A stretch of 64,000 nucleotides of DNA from Pyrinomonadaceae bacterium (GTDB lineage Bacteria > Acidobacteriota > Blastocatellia > Pyrinomonadales > Pyrinomonadaceae), in assembly GCA_036389395.1 (NCBI GenBank), contig DASVPY010000087.1:1774-65773 (forward strand), given 5' to 3'. The position numbers and the translations under genes were made by a program. Below are positions 43,788 to 53,974 of the stretch, in pieces. The notes under the pieces are model-generated. The model did not search any database, had not been told where the DNA came from, and saw only the letters and a list, made by a program, of their open reading frames with translations. Position 1 is the stretch's first letter. Each line of letters starts with the position of its first letter.

Positions 43788-44612
43788 TCAGAGCACGTCG
43801 GCGAAGTTGCGGCGCGTCTTGGCGAACCACCAGTAGCCGAGGAGGAAGAGGGCGAGCGCGCAGAGCGTGAAGTAGCCGAGGCCGCGCCAGTCCGGCGGCG
43901 CGCCTTCGAGCAGCACGCGGCGGTAGCTGCGCACGAGCGGCGTGAACGGGTTCGCCTCGATGAAGACGCGGTAGCGCGGCGGCACGGCCGCCTCCGGGTA
44001 GATGATCGGCGTGAGGAACAGCCACGCCGTCAGCACCAGCCCTAGCGCCTGCCCCGTGTCGCGCAGGAAGACGCCCAGCGACGCGACGAGCCACGCCGCC
44101 CCCAGCGTCGCCAACGCCTGCGGCACGACCAACACGGGCCACCACAGCACGCTCGCGTGCAGTTCGCGTTCGATCAAAAGCGCCGCCACGAGCAGCACGA
44201 GCGTCCCGCACGCCTGCGTGACGAGCGCCGCCAGAACCTGCGCCACGGGCAGCGTCTCAAGCGGGAAGACGACGCGCTTGACGAGGTTCGTGTGCGCGAC
44301 GACGACGCCCGCGGACGTTTGCACCGACTCCTGAAACGCCGTCCACGGCAGCAGCCCGCAGAACAGGTAGAGCGCGTAATCCCACGCCGTGCCGCGCCCG
44401 CCGAAGCGCGCGCCGAACACGCCCGCGAAGATGAACGTGTAGATCGCAATGAGCACCGCCGGGTGTACGAGCGCCCACACCAGCCCCAGGGCCGAGCCGC
44501 GGTAGCGCGTCGCCAGCTCGCGCCGCGCCAGCGACTCGATCAACTCGAACCGGCCCGGCAACTCCAACAGCGGCCGCCACACCGCCCGCCGCGCTGTCTG
44601 CGCCGAAAGCAT
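43788..44612 (-). CDS. wzm: ABC-2-type polysaccharide export permease (Wzm/TagG-like)
   Basis: 274 aa. N-terminal ELATRYRGSALGLVWALVHP signature followed by six hydrophobic helices. Confidence 0.8.
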   Translation of the reverse strand: MLSAQTARRAVWRPLLELPGRFELIESLARRELATRYRGSALGLVWALVHPAVLIAIYTFIFAGVFGARFGGRGTAWDYALYLFCGLLPWTAFQESVQTSAGVVVAHTNLVKRVVFPLETLPVAQVLAALVTQACGTLVLLVAALLIERELHASVLWWPVLVVPQALATLGAAWLVASLGVFLRDTGQALGLVLTAWLFLTPIIYPEAAVPPRYRVFIEANPFTPLVRSYRRVLLEGAPPDWRGLGYFTLCALALFLLGYWWFAKTRRNFADVL

Positions 44613-44622
44613 GTCGGGGCAT

Positions 44623-44670
44623 GGTAGCAGAAGAGGAGACGGGAGTCAGGAGCCGGAAGACAGAAGAAGG
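44623..44670. repeat. Half-element (left-arm type) GGAGACGGGAGTCAGGAGCCGGAAGACAGAAGAAGG
   Basis: No partner arm in the same spacer. It is complementary (22 of 25 nt in the core) to 46795-46819, on the far side of the DUF885 gene. Confidence 0.7.
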
Positions 44671-44777
44671 AAAGACCCGAAGCTGCGTGTTCATACTCTG
44701 TCGCGAGAACCGGCACTTGGTTATAATCCTCGCCTTCACGTTGTGCCAGTAAGTTGGTCAGGTCAGTCTGTGAAGCT

Positions 44778-46766
<1,989 letters not shown>

Positions 46767-46787
<21 letters not shown>

Positions 46788-46819
46788 CCACTGCCTTCTG
46801 GCTTCTGACTCCTGTCTCC
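46767..46819. repeat. Half-element (right-arm type): CCACTG words plus CCTTCTGGCTTCTGACTCCTGTCTCC
   Basis: Encodes the last 8 codons of the DUF885 gene (YWPLPTDH*). Complementary to 44634-44670. Confidence 0.7.
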
Positions 46820-46833
46820 TATAAACTTCCCCC

Positions 46834-48195
46834 ATGGAGATCGCACTGCGCGTCGAGGGCGTGGCGAAGCAGTACCGCATCTACGAGCGGCCCGCCGACC
46901 GTCTGAAGGAGACGCTGACGCGCGGGCGGCTCAAGCGGCATCGCGAGTTCTGGGCGCTCAAGGGCATCAGCTTCGAGCTTGCGCGCGGCACGACCGCAGG
47001 GATCGTCGGCCCGAACGGGTCGGGCAAGTCCACGCTCTTGCAGATCGTCGCCGGCACGCTCGACCCGACGCACGGGCGCGTCTGGCTCGCGGGCCGCGTC
47101 GCCGCGCTGCTCGAACTCGGCGCGGGCTTCAACCCCGAGTTCACCGGCGTCGAGAACGTCTACCTGAACGCGGCGCTGCACGGCTTCTCTAAAGCGGAGA
47201 CGGCGCGCCGGCTGCCCGACATCGAACGCTTCGCCGAGATCGGCGACTTCATCCGCCAGCCGGTCAAGACCTACTCGTCAGGGATGTACGTCCGCCTCGC
47301 CTTCGCCATCGCCGTCAACGCCGACCCCGACATCCTCGTCGTGGACGAGGCGCTCTCGGTCGGCGACACGATCTTCCAGCACCGCTGCGTGCGCCGCATC
47401 AAGGAGATGCAGGCGCGCGGCGTAACCATCCTCTTCGTCTCGCACGAGCCGACGCTCGTGCGCGCGCTCTGCCAGCGCGCCATCCTGCTCTACCAAGGCG
47501 AGGCGCTCGCCGACGGCACGCCCACGGACGTGCTCAACCGCTACCAGCGCCTCATCATGGCCCGCGAGGCGGCCTACGCGGACGGCGCGCACGCGACGAC
47601 GAACGCGGGCGACGATCAAGCAACGACGGAGGTACAACAGCCCGCGCCCGAAGGATCGGCCGAGACGCAAGCCGAGACGCAGAGCACATCCGAAGCCGCG
47701 ACGTGCGCGCCGTTGCAGTATCAATACCGGCACGGCGACGGCCGGGCCGAGGTCGTCGCCGCGGAGTTGCTCAACGCGGACGGCGAGCCGTCGGCGTTGG
47801 TCGAGTCGGGCCAGCCCGTGCGCCTGCGCATGCGCTTCCGGTTTCACGCGGACGTGGAGCGCCCGGTCTGCGGCTTCATGATCAGGAGCCGGCACGGCCT
47901 CAACGTCTACGGCACGAACACGGAGCAGCGCGAGCGGCCGCTGCCGGCGGCGCGGCGCGGCGACGTGTTCGAGGCCACCTTCGCCTTCGACTGCTGGCTC
48001 GGCCAGGAGCACTACTTCGTCTCGGTCGCCGTCCACTCGCCCGACGGCGCGGCCTACGACTGGCTCGACGCCGTGCTCTTCTTCCGCGTCGCCTGCCCCG
48101 TCGAGATGGAGGGCATCGCCAACCTCGACGCGCGCGTCACCGCCCGCCGCGTCACGGCGGCCGAGCAACATGAAGCACACGCCCTCAAGGCTTAG
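46834..48195 (+). CDS. wzt: Polysaccharide-export ABC ATPase with a C-terminal Wzt_C-like carbohydrate-binding domain
   Basis: Walker A GPNGSGKST, signature YSSGMYVRL, Walker B ILVVDEAL. A C-terminal domain of about 150 aa (AELLNADGEP...VRLRMRFRFH...YFVSVAVHS). Confidence 0.85.
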   Translation: MEIALRVEGVAKQYRIYERPADRLKETLTRGRLKRHREFWALKGISFELARGTTAGIVGPNGSGKSTLLQIVAGTLDPTHGRVWLAGRVAALLELGAGFNPEFTGVENVYLNAALHGFSKAETARRLPDIERFAEIGDFIRQPVKTYSSGMYVRLAFAIAVNADPDILVVDEALSVGDTIFQHRCVRRIKEMQARGVTILFVSHEPTLVRALCQRAILLYQGEALADGTPTDVLNRYQRLIMAREAAYADGAHATTNAGDDQATTEVQQPAPEGSAETQAETQSTSEAATCAPLQYQYRHGDGRAEVVAAELLNADGEPSALVESGQPVRLRMRFRFHADVERPVCGFMIRSRHGLNVYGTNTEQRERPLPAARRGDVFEATFAFDCWLGQEHYFVSVAVHSPDGAAYDWLDAVLFFRVACPVEMEGIANLDARVTARRVTAAEQHEAHALKA

Positions 48196-48302
48196 CGCGC
48201 GGCTCGAAGCCCCGCACCGCAGTTCCGTCAGGAGCGGTATGTTTGTAGCTCACGGCATGACCTAAAGTCCGCAAGCTCCGTCAGGAGCGAAATGTTGGTA
48301 AC

Positions 48303-49367
48303 GTGCAACAGACGACAGACGACAGAGTGACGCCGCCGGCCGCCGATGCAGCGGCGCAGCCTGACGCGGCCGCGCCGCCGGCCGTCGCGCCGTCGCAGAC
48401 TGCTGCGTCCACGTCGCCGCTCGTCTTGCAAGACGTGGAGGAGCCGCGCGCCGACGGTCGCTACCGGCTCGAAGAACTGCTCGCCTATCACGACCGCGCC
48501 TTCGTCTCCTATGCCTACGCCGCGCTCGGCGACCGCCCGCCGACCGAAGCCGAATACGCCGCGACGCTCGCAGACCTGCGCTCGGGCCGGCGCGGCAAGG
48601 TCGAGATCATAGAGGCTCTGTGCGCGGCGGGCGCGCGCGCGCGCGTCGCGGGGTTGCCGTCGCCGCTGGCGCGCCGCCTGGCGCGTCTGCCCGTCGTCGG
48701 GCGCGTCGTGCGGCTCGTGCGCGCGCTCCTGCGCGTGCCACTGCTCGTCGAGCACCAGCAGCGGTTCGAGGCTTACGCGCTCGCGCAGCAGCAGCGCATC
48801 GCCGACCACCTGAACCAGACCTGCGCCGCGCTCAACCGCGCCTGCGCGGAGATTAGTCAAGCCCACGCCGACACCGTGCAAGTCCGCGCCGAGATCAACC
48901 AGGCGCTCGTTGACTTAGGCGAAGCACTCGCCATGCGCGCCGAGGAACTGGTCACGCTCGCCGCGGCGGTCGAGGCCGTGCAGGACGAGTTGCGGCACGG
49001 GCTGACCGGCGTGCAGCACGAACAGACCGGACTGTGGGACGAGTTGAGCGGCGCGCAGGACAGGCTGGCCGGCGTGCAACATAATCTGACGGCTGTGCAG
49101 GACAGGCTGACGGGCGTGCAGGACGAGTTGACCGACGTGCGGCGCGAGTTGAGCGGGCACGAAGGCTTTCTCGTGCAGGAGCAGCAGGTGCTCGTCGAGA
49201 CGCAGAAGGTCGTGCTCGACGATCTGCAAGAGCAGTTGCGCGCAGCGGACGCGCGCCACGACGAGGCGCACGCCGCGCTCGCGGCCGAAGTGGCGGCCCT
49301 GCGCGCCCTCGTCGCACAACTGCGCGGCGCTGCGCCGGACGAGGCGGCCGAAGGCGAGCAGGCATGA
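48303..49367 (+). CDS. DUF4214-like domain plus heptad coiled-coil protein
   Basis: GTG start. N-terminal FVSYAYAALGDRPPTEAEYAATLADLRSGRRGKVEIIEAL. Eight tandem heptads: LTGVQHE QTGLWDE LSGAQDR LAGVQHN LTAVQDR LTGVQDE LTDVRRE LSGHEGF. Confidence 0.7.
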   Translation: MQQTTDDRVTPPAADAAAQPDAAAPPAVAPSQTAASTSPLVLQDVEEPRADGRYRLEELLAYHDRAFVSYAYAALGDRPPTEAEYAATLADLRSGRRGKVEIIEALCAAGARARVAGLPSPLARRLARLPVVGRVVRLVRALLRVPLLVEHQQRFEAYALAQQQRIADHLNQTCAALNRACAEISQAHADTVQVRAEINQALVDLGEALAMRAEELVTLAAAVEAVQDELRHGLTGVQHEQTGLWDELSGAQDRLAGVQHNLTAVQDRLTGVQDELTDVRRELSGHEGFLVQEQQVLVETQKVVLDDLQEQLRAADARHDEAHAALAAEVAALRALVAQLRGAAPDEAAEGEQA

Positions 49368-51733
49368 AGCCTCTGGCGTTCGTCGTGCCGTGGTTCGGCG
49401 CGCGCCTCACCGGCGGCGCGGAGCAGCAGGCACGCCAAGTCGCCTTGCGGCTCGCCGCGCGCGGGCACGCCGTCGAAGTCCTGACCACCTGCAACCGCTC
49501 GTTCCAGGACGACTGGGCGCGCAACCACCACGCGCCCGGCGCGAGTACGGAAGACGGCTTGACCGTCCGCCGCTTCCCCGTGGACGAGCGCGCCGCGCAA
49601 GCCTTCGATCAAGTCAACGCCAAACTGCTCGCGCTCGACGCGCACGACCTGCGCCCCGGCGTCAGTCCTCTAACAGAAGCGGACGCGCACGTCTTCGTCC
49701 ACGAGAACATAAAATCGGCCGCGCTGCTCGCGCACCTGGCCGCGCGCGGCGCGGACTATCGCGCCTGCGTCTTCCTGCCTTACATGTTCGCGCCCGCCGT
49801 GCTGGGTCTGCCGCTCGTCGCCGCGCGCGCGTGGCTGCAACCGTGCCTGCACGACGAGCCGGCGGCGTACCTGCCCGAAACGGCGGCGCTCTTCCGCGCC
49901 GCGCGCGGGCTGCTCTTCAACTCCGAGGGCGAGATGGAACTCGCCCTGCGCCTCTACGGCCCCGGCATCTACACGCGCAGCCACGTCGTCGGCGAAGGCA
50001 TCGAGCGCCCGACGCTCGCGCCCGCGCAACTCGCCGCCGCGCTGCCCGCCGAGTTGCGCGGCGCACACTTCGTCCTCTATCTCGGCCGGCGCGACGCGAC
50101 GAAGAACGTCCCGCTGCTCGTCCGCGCCTTCGCGCGCTTCAAGGCCGCGCGCCCCGCCGACGCGCTCCGACTCGTGCTCGCAGGCCCCGGCGCGGACTCT
50201 TACGCCGACCCGGCGGCGTCCGTCCACGACCTCGGTCTCGTCTCGGACGAAACCAAGGCCGCGCTCCTCGCACACTGCCGCGCGCTCGCGCAGCCGAGCC
50301 GCCACGAAAGTTTTTCGCGCGCGCTGATGGAAGCCTGGGCCGCCGCCCGGCCCGTCGCCGCGCACCGCGAATGTTTGGCTACGGCCACGGCCGTCGAGCG
50401 CGCCGCCGGCGGCTGGCTCGCCGCGACCGAAGACGAGTGGGCGCAACTCTGCGCGCACGTAGCTGACACGACGGATGAAGAACTGTCCGCGCTCGGCGCG
50501 CGCGGCCACGCATACGCCGCCGAGCACGCCGAGTGGGTCAAGACCATCGCGCGCTACGAAACCTTGCTCGGTCTCGATCAAGACGAAGCGCCGACGCCGG
50601 ACGACGCCGCGTCGTCTTCGTCGCCGACGGAGGTGCGCGGGTTGCGCGCGATTCATCAACTGCTGCCGGACATCGTCTTCGGCGACGCGATCTCGCAGCA
50701 GGCGTGTGCGCTGCGCGCGCACCTGCGCGCGCACGGCTACGAGTCGGAGATTTTCGTCAAGCGGCGCGACCCGCGCCTCGCCGCCGACGCCGCGCAACTC
50801 GTAGACGAACAACAACCCGACGCAGACGCCGGTCTCATCTATCATCATTCCATCGGCTCGGCGGTGACGGCGTTGGCCGTTGCACACGCCGGGCCGAAGT
50901 GTCTCGTCTATCACAACGTCACGCCCGCGGAGTTCTACGCGCCTTACCGGCCCGGCTTCGCGTGGATGCTTGAGACGGGGCGCGCGCACCTGGGCCGGCT
51001 CGCGCGCCACTTCCCACTGTCGGTCGGCGACTCGGCCTTCAACGCGGCTGAGTTGGCCGCGTGCGGCTTCCGCGCGCCCGGCGTGCTGCCGATCATCGTA
51101 GACCCGGCGCGCTGGAACGACGCGCCCGACGCGGCGCTGATGGCGCGCTTGCAGGACGGGCGCACCAACGTCCTCTTCGTCGGCCGCGTCGCGCCGAACA
51201 AGCAGCAGGGGCGACTCGTCGCCGCCTTCGCGCACCTGCGCCGCCTGGACGCGCGCGCGCGCCTCGTCATCGCGGGCGAAGCGCCCGCGTCCGATCCTTA
51301 CTGCAACGCCGTGCGCGCGACCATCGCGCGGCTCGACCTCGCGGCGCACGTCGAACTGCCGGGCCAGAGCGAGGCGGCGGCGCTGCTGGCGTACTACCGC
51401 ACGGCGCACCTATACTGGTCGTTCAGCGAGCACGAGGGCTTCGGCGCGCCGCTCGTCGAAGCCATGTGGTTCGACGTGCCGGTCTTGGCCCTCGACGCCG
51501 CGGCCGTCGCCGAGACGCTCGCCGGGGCCGGCGTGCTGTTCGCGCGCGATGAAGAGTTGACGGCCGTGGCCGCGCGCGCGCACGCGCTGACGCACGACGC
51601 GGCGCTGCGGCGCGCGGTCGTCGCCGCGCAGCGCACGCGGCGGCTCGCCTTCACGCCCGCCGCCGTCTGGCCCGCGCTCGCGCGCGTCGTCGCGCGGCTC
51701 GCGGCGCAGACGCAGGCGGCCGCGGTCGCTTAA
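49364..51733 (+). CDS. Tandem double GT4-family glycosyltransferase (WbdA-like architecture)
   Basis: 789 aa. ATGA overlap with the upstream gene. Two GT-B halves with EX7E-type motifs (SRHESFSRALMEAW and SEHEGFGAPLVEAMWFDVPV). Confidence 0.8.
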   Translation: MKPLAFVVPWFGARLTGGAEQQARQVALRLAARGHAVEVLTTCNRSFQDDWARNHHAPGASTEDGLTVRRFPVDERAAQAFDQVNAKLLALDAHDLRPGVSPLTEADAHVFVHENIKSAALLAHLAARGADYRACVFLPYMFAPAVLGLPLVAARAWLQPCLHDEPAAYLPETAALFRAARGLLFNSEGEMELALRLYGPGIYTRSHVVGEGIERPTLAPAQLAAALPAELRGAHFVLYLGRRDATKNVPLLVRAFARFKAARPADALRLVLAGPGADSYADPAASVHDLGLVSDETKAALLAHCRALAQPSRHESFSRALMEAWAAARPVAAHRECLATATAVERAAGGWLAATEDEWAQLCAHVADTTDEELSALGARGHAYAAEHAEWVKTIARYETLLGLDQDEAPTPDDAASSSSPTEVRGLRAIHQLLPDIVFGDAISQQACALRAHLRAHGYESEIFVKRRDPRLAADAAQLVDEQQPDADAGLIYHHSIGSAVTALAVAHAGPKCLVYHNVTPAEFYAPYRPGFAWMLETGRAHLGRLARHFPLSVGDSAFNAAELAACGFRAPGVLPIIVDPARWNDAPDAALMARLQDGRTNVLFVGRVAPNKQQGRLVAAFAHLRRLDARARLVIAGEAPASDPYCNAVRATIARLDLAAHVELPGQSEAAALLAYYRTAHLYWSFSEHEGFGAPLVEAMWFDVPVLALDAAAVAETLAGAGVLFARDEELTAVAARAHALTHDAALRRAVVAAQRTRRLAFTPAAVWPALARVVARLAAQTQAAAVA

Positions 51734-51765
51734 AACTTTAAGGACGCTTTGAGAGGCATCGAGGT

Positions 51766-52803
51766 TTGAGTCTGACGACGAGCAGCACGGGCGAGGGCGT
51801 GGCGGCGCGGCGGCGCGCGCGCGCCGACGAGTTGACGAGCGGGGACGAGCGCGCCCGGACGCGCCCGCTGCTCGCCGTCGTCGTGCCGTGCTACAACGAG
51901 GAGTTGGTCGTCGAGCGCACCGCCGCGCGTCTGACCGAGTTGCTGCGCGCGCTCGCCGCCGCCGGGCAGATCGATCCGGCGAGCTTCCTTTACTTCGTGG
52001 ACGACGGCAGCCACGACGCGACGTGGGCCATCATCGAGGCCTTGCACGAGCAGGATGCGGGCGTGAAGGGTCTGAAGCTGGCGCGCAACGTCGGCACGCA
52101 GAACGCGCTCCTCGCGGGCCTGCTCGGCGTCAAGGAGCGCGCCGACTGCGTGGTCACGATTGACGCCGACTTGCAGCAGGACGAGGCGGTCATCGAAAAG
52201 TTTCTGGCCGAGTACCGGCAGGGCGCGCACGTCGTCTACGGCGTGCGCCGCCGGCCCGGCACGAGTTCGCCCGTCAAGCGCGCGACCTCCTGGTTCTTCT
52301 ACCACCTGATGAGCGCGCTCGGCGCGCGCATCGTCAAGCAGCACTCGGAGTACCGGCTCGTCTCGCGCAAGGCGCTCGAAGCCGTCGCGGAATATCGTGA
52401 GTACAACCTGTTCCTGCGCGGCATCTTCGTGGACATCGGGTATCGTTCGGCCGTCGTGCCGTTCGACGCGCGGCGGCGCGAGGCGGGTGCGTCCAAGCAC
52501 GACTTCCGCAAGCTGGCGTCGCTGGCGCTCGACGGCATCACGTCGTTCAGCGTCGTGCCGCTGCGGCTGGTCACGTTCACCGGGGCGCTCATCTTCCTGT
52601 TCAGTTGCGCCATGACGATCTTCTACCTGTACCACAAGGTCGCGGGGCACACGCCGCCGGGCTGGGCCGGCACGGTCATCCCGATCTACTTCCTCGGCGG
52701 CGTGCAGATCATGTTCTTGGGATTAGTCGGCGAGTACGTCGGCAAGATTTACAAAGAGGTCAAAGCGCGCCCGCGCTTCATCCGCGACGAAGAGTTATTC
52801 TGA
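51766..52803 (+). CDS. GT2 polyprenyl-phosphate glycosyltransferase (GtrB/CsbB/ArnC-like) with two C-terminal TM helices
   Basis: VVVPCYNEE, VDDGSHD, TIDADLQQD motifs. C-terminal helices VVPLRLVTFTGALIFLF and IPIYFLGGVQIMFLGLVGEYVGKIY. Confidence 0.85.
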   Translation: MSLTTSSTGEGVAARRRARADELTSGDERARTRPLLAVVVPCYNEELVVERTAARLTELLRALAAAGQIDPASFLYFVDDGSHDATWAIIEALHEQDAGVKGLKLARNVGTQNALLAGLLGVKERADCVVTIDADLQQDEAVIEKFLAEYRQGAHVVYGVRRRPGTSSPVKRATSWFFYHLMSALGARIVKQHSEYRLVSRKALEAVAEYREYNLFLRGIFVDIGYRSAVVPFDARRREAGASKHDFRKLASLALDGITSFSVVPLRLVTFTGALIFLFSCAMTIFYLYHKVAGHTPPGWAGTVIPIYFLGGVQIMFLGLVGEYVGKIYKEVKARPRFIRDEELF

Positions 52804-52805
52804 AC

Positions 52806-52903
52806 TCTTTGCGCTCCTTTGCGGCCCTCTTTGCGCCCTTTGCGGTTAAAGCTTTAAGACCTAACCGCAAAGGTCGCCAAGCGGGCCGCAAAGGAGCGCA
52901 AAG
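52806..52903. repeat. CCGCAAAGG-family palindrome with a GCGGTTAAAG...CTAACCGC core
   Basis: ctctttgcgctcctttgcggccctctttgcgccctttgcggttaaag / ctaaccgcaaaggtcgccaagcgggccgcaaaggagcgcaaag. Confidence 0.85.
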
Positions 52904-52928
52904 AAAATAAGGTCTTAAAGGAACCGCG

Positions 52929-53837
52929 TTGCCAAGCACTGCGCCTGAGTTGAGCACGAGTGTCGATCCGATCTCGCCGTCGGCCGACGAGTCGGCCGCC
53001 TGCATCGTCTGCGGGCGCGCGGGCGCGGGCGCGCCGCTCTACCCCGGCATCCTCAAGTGCCGCGCGTGCGGCTACGTCTACGCCGACATGCGGCTGACTG
53101 ACGAGGAGTTGTTCGAGTTGTACAACGAGCAGTTCTTCACCGGCGCGGAGTTCAGCGACTACGCGGCGGACGAGCGTTTCTTCCGCCGCAATTTCCAGCT
53201 CCGCTTCCGCGCCCTCAAGCCCTTCCTCGACCCGGCGCGCCACCGCACGCTGCTTGAGATCGGCAGCGCCTACGGCTTCTTCCTCGCCGAAGTGCGCCCG
53301 CACTTCGCGCACGTCGAAGGCATAGACATCACGGACGCGGGCGTCCGGTTCGCGCGCGAGCGGTTCGGGCTGGACGTGGCGCAGGCCGACTTTCTGGCGC
53401 ACGACTACGGCGCGCGCACGTTCGACGTGGTCTGCCTGTGGGACACCATCGAGCACCTGCGCGCGCCGCACCGCTACGTCGCGAAGATCGCGCGCCACAC
53501 CGAGCCGGGCGCGCTCGTCTGCGTCACGACCGCCGACGCCGACAGCCTCAACGCGCGCCTGCGGGGCGCGCGTTGGCGCATGATCCACCCGCCGACGCAC
53601 CTGCACTACTTCTCCGCCGCGACGCTCGCGCGGCTGCTGGGCAACTACGGCTTCGAGGTCGTCTACAACCGCTACTGCGGCTTCTACCGCAGCCTGGGCA
53701 ACGTCGCCTACAACATCCTCGTCCTGCGCCAGCACCGCCCGCGCCTCTACCGTTGGCTCGAACGCACCGGCTTGACCGGCTTCGGCTTCTACCTCAACCT
53801 CTACGACATCATGTACGTCATCGCGCGGCGGCGCTGA
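52929..53837 (+). CDS. Class I SAM-dependent methyltransferase with an N-terminal Zn-ribbon
   Basis: TTG start. CIVCG...CRACGY. Motif I LLEIGSAYGFF. About 300 aa. Confidence 0.75.
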   Translation: MPSTAPELSTSVDPISPSADESAACIVCGRAGAGAPLYPGILKCRACGYVYADMRLTDEELFELYNEQFFTGAEFSDYAADERFFRRNFQLRFRALKPFLDPARHRTLLEIGSAYGFFLAEVRPHFAHVEGIDITDAGVRFARERFGLDVAQADFLAHDYGARTFDVVCLWDTIEHLRAPHRYVAKIARHTEPGALVCVTTADADSLNARLRGARWRMIHPPTHLHYFSAATLARLLGNYGFEVVYNRYCGFYRSLGNVAYNILVLRQHRPRLYRWLERTGLTGFGFYLNLYDIMYVIARRR

Positions 53838-53885
53838 CGGGCGCGGCTGATTATCTTGGTGCTTGAGTTTGTCGAGCGGCCGGTC

Positions 53886-53970
53886 TTAACACAGAGTACA
53901 CAGAGGTCACACAGAGGCCACGGTAAGAAACTCTGTGCCCTCTGTGTCTCCTCTGTGTCCTCTGTGTTAA
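53886..53970. repeat. CACAGAGG palindrome bounded by TTAACACAGAG / CTCTGTGTTAA, core GGTAAGAAACTC
   Basis: ttaacacagagtacacagaggtcacacagaggccacggtaagaaactctgtgccctctgtgtctcctctgtgtcctctgtgttaa. Confidence 0.85.
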
Positions 53971-53974
53971 TCCG

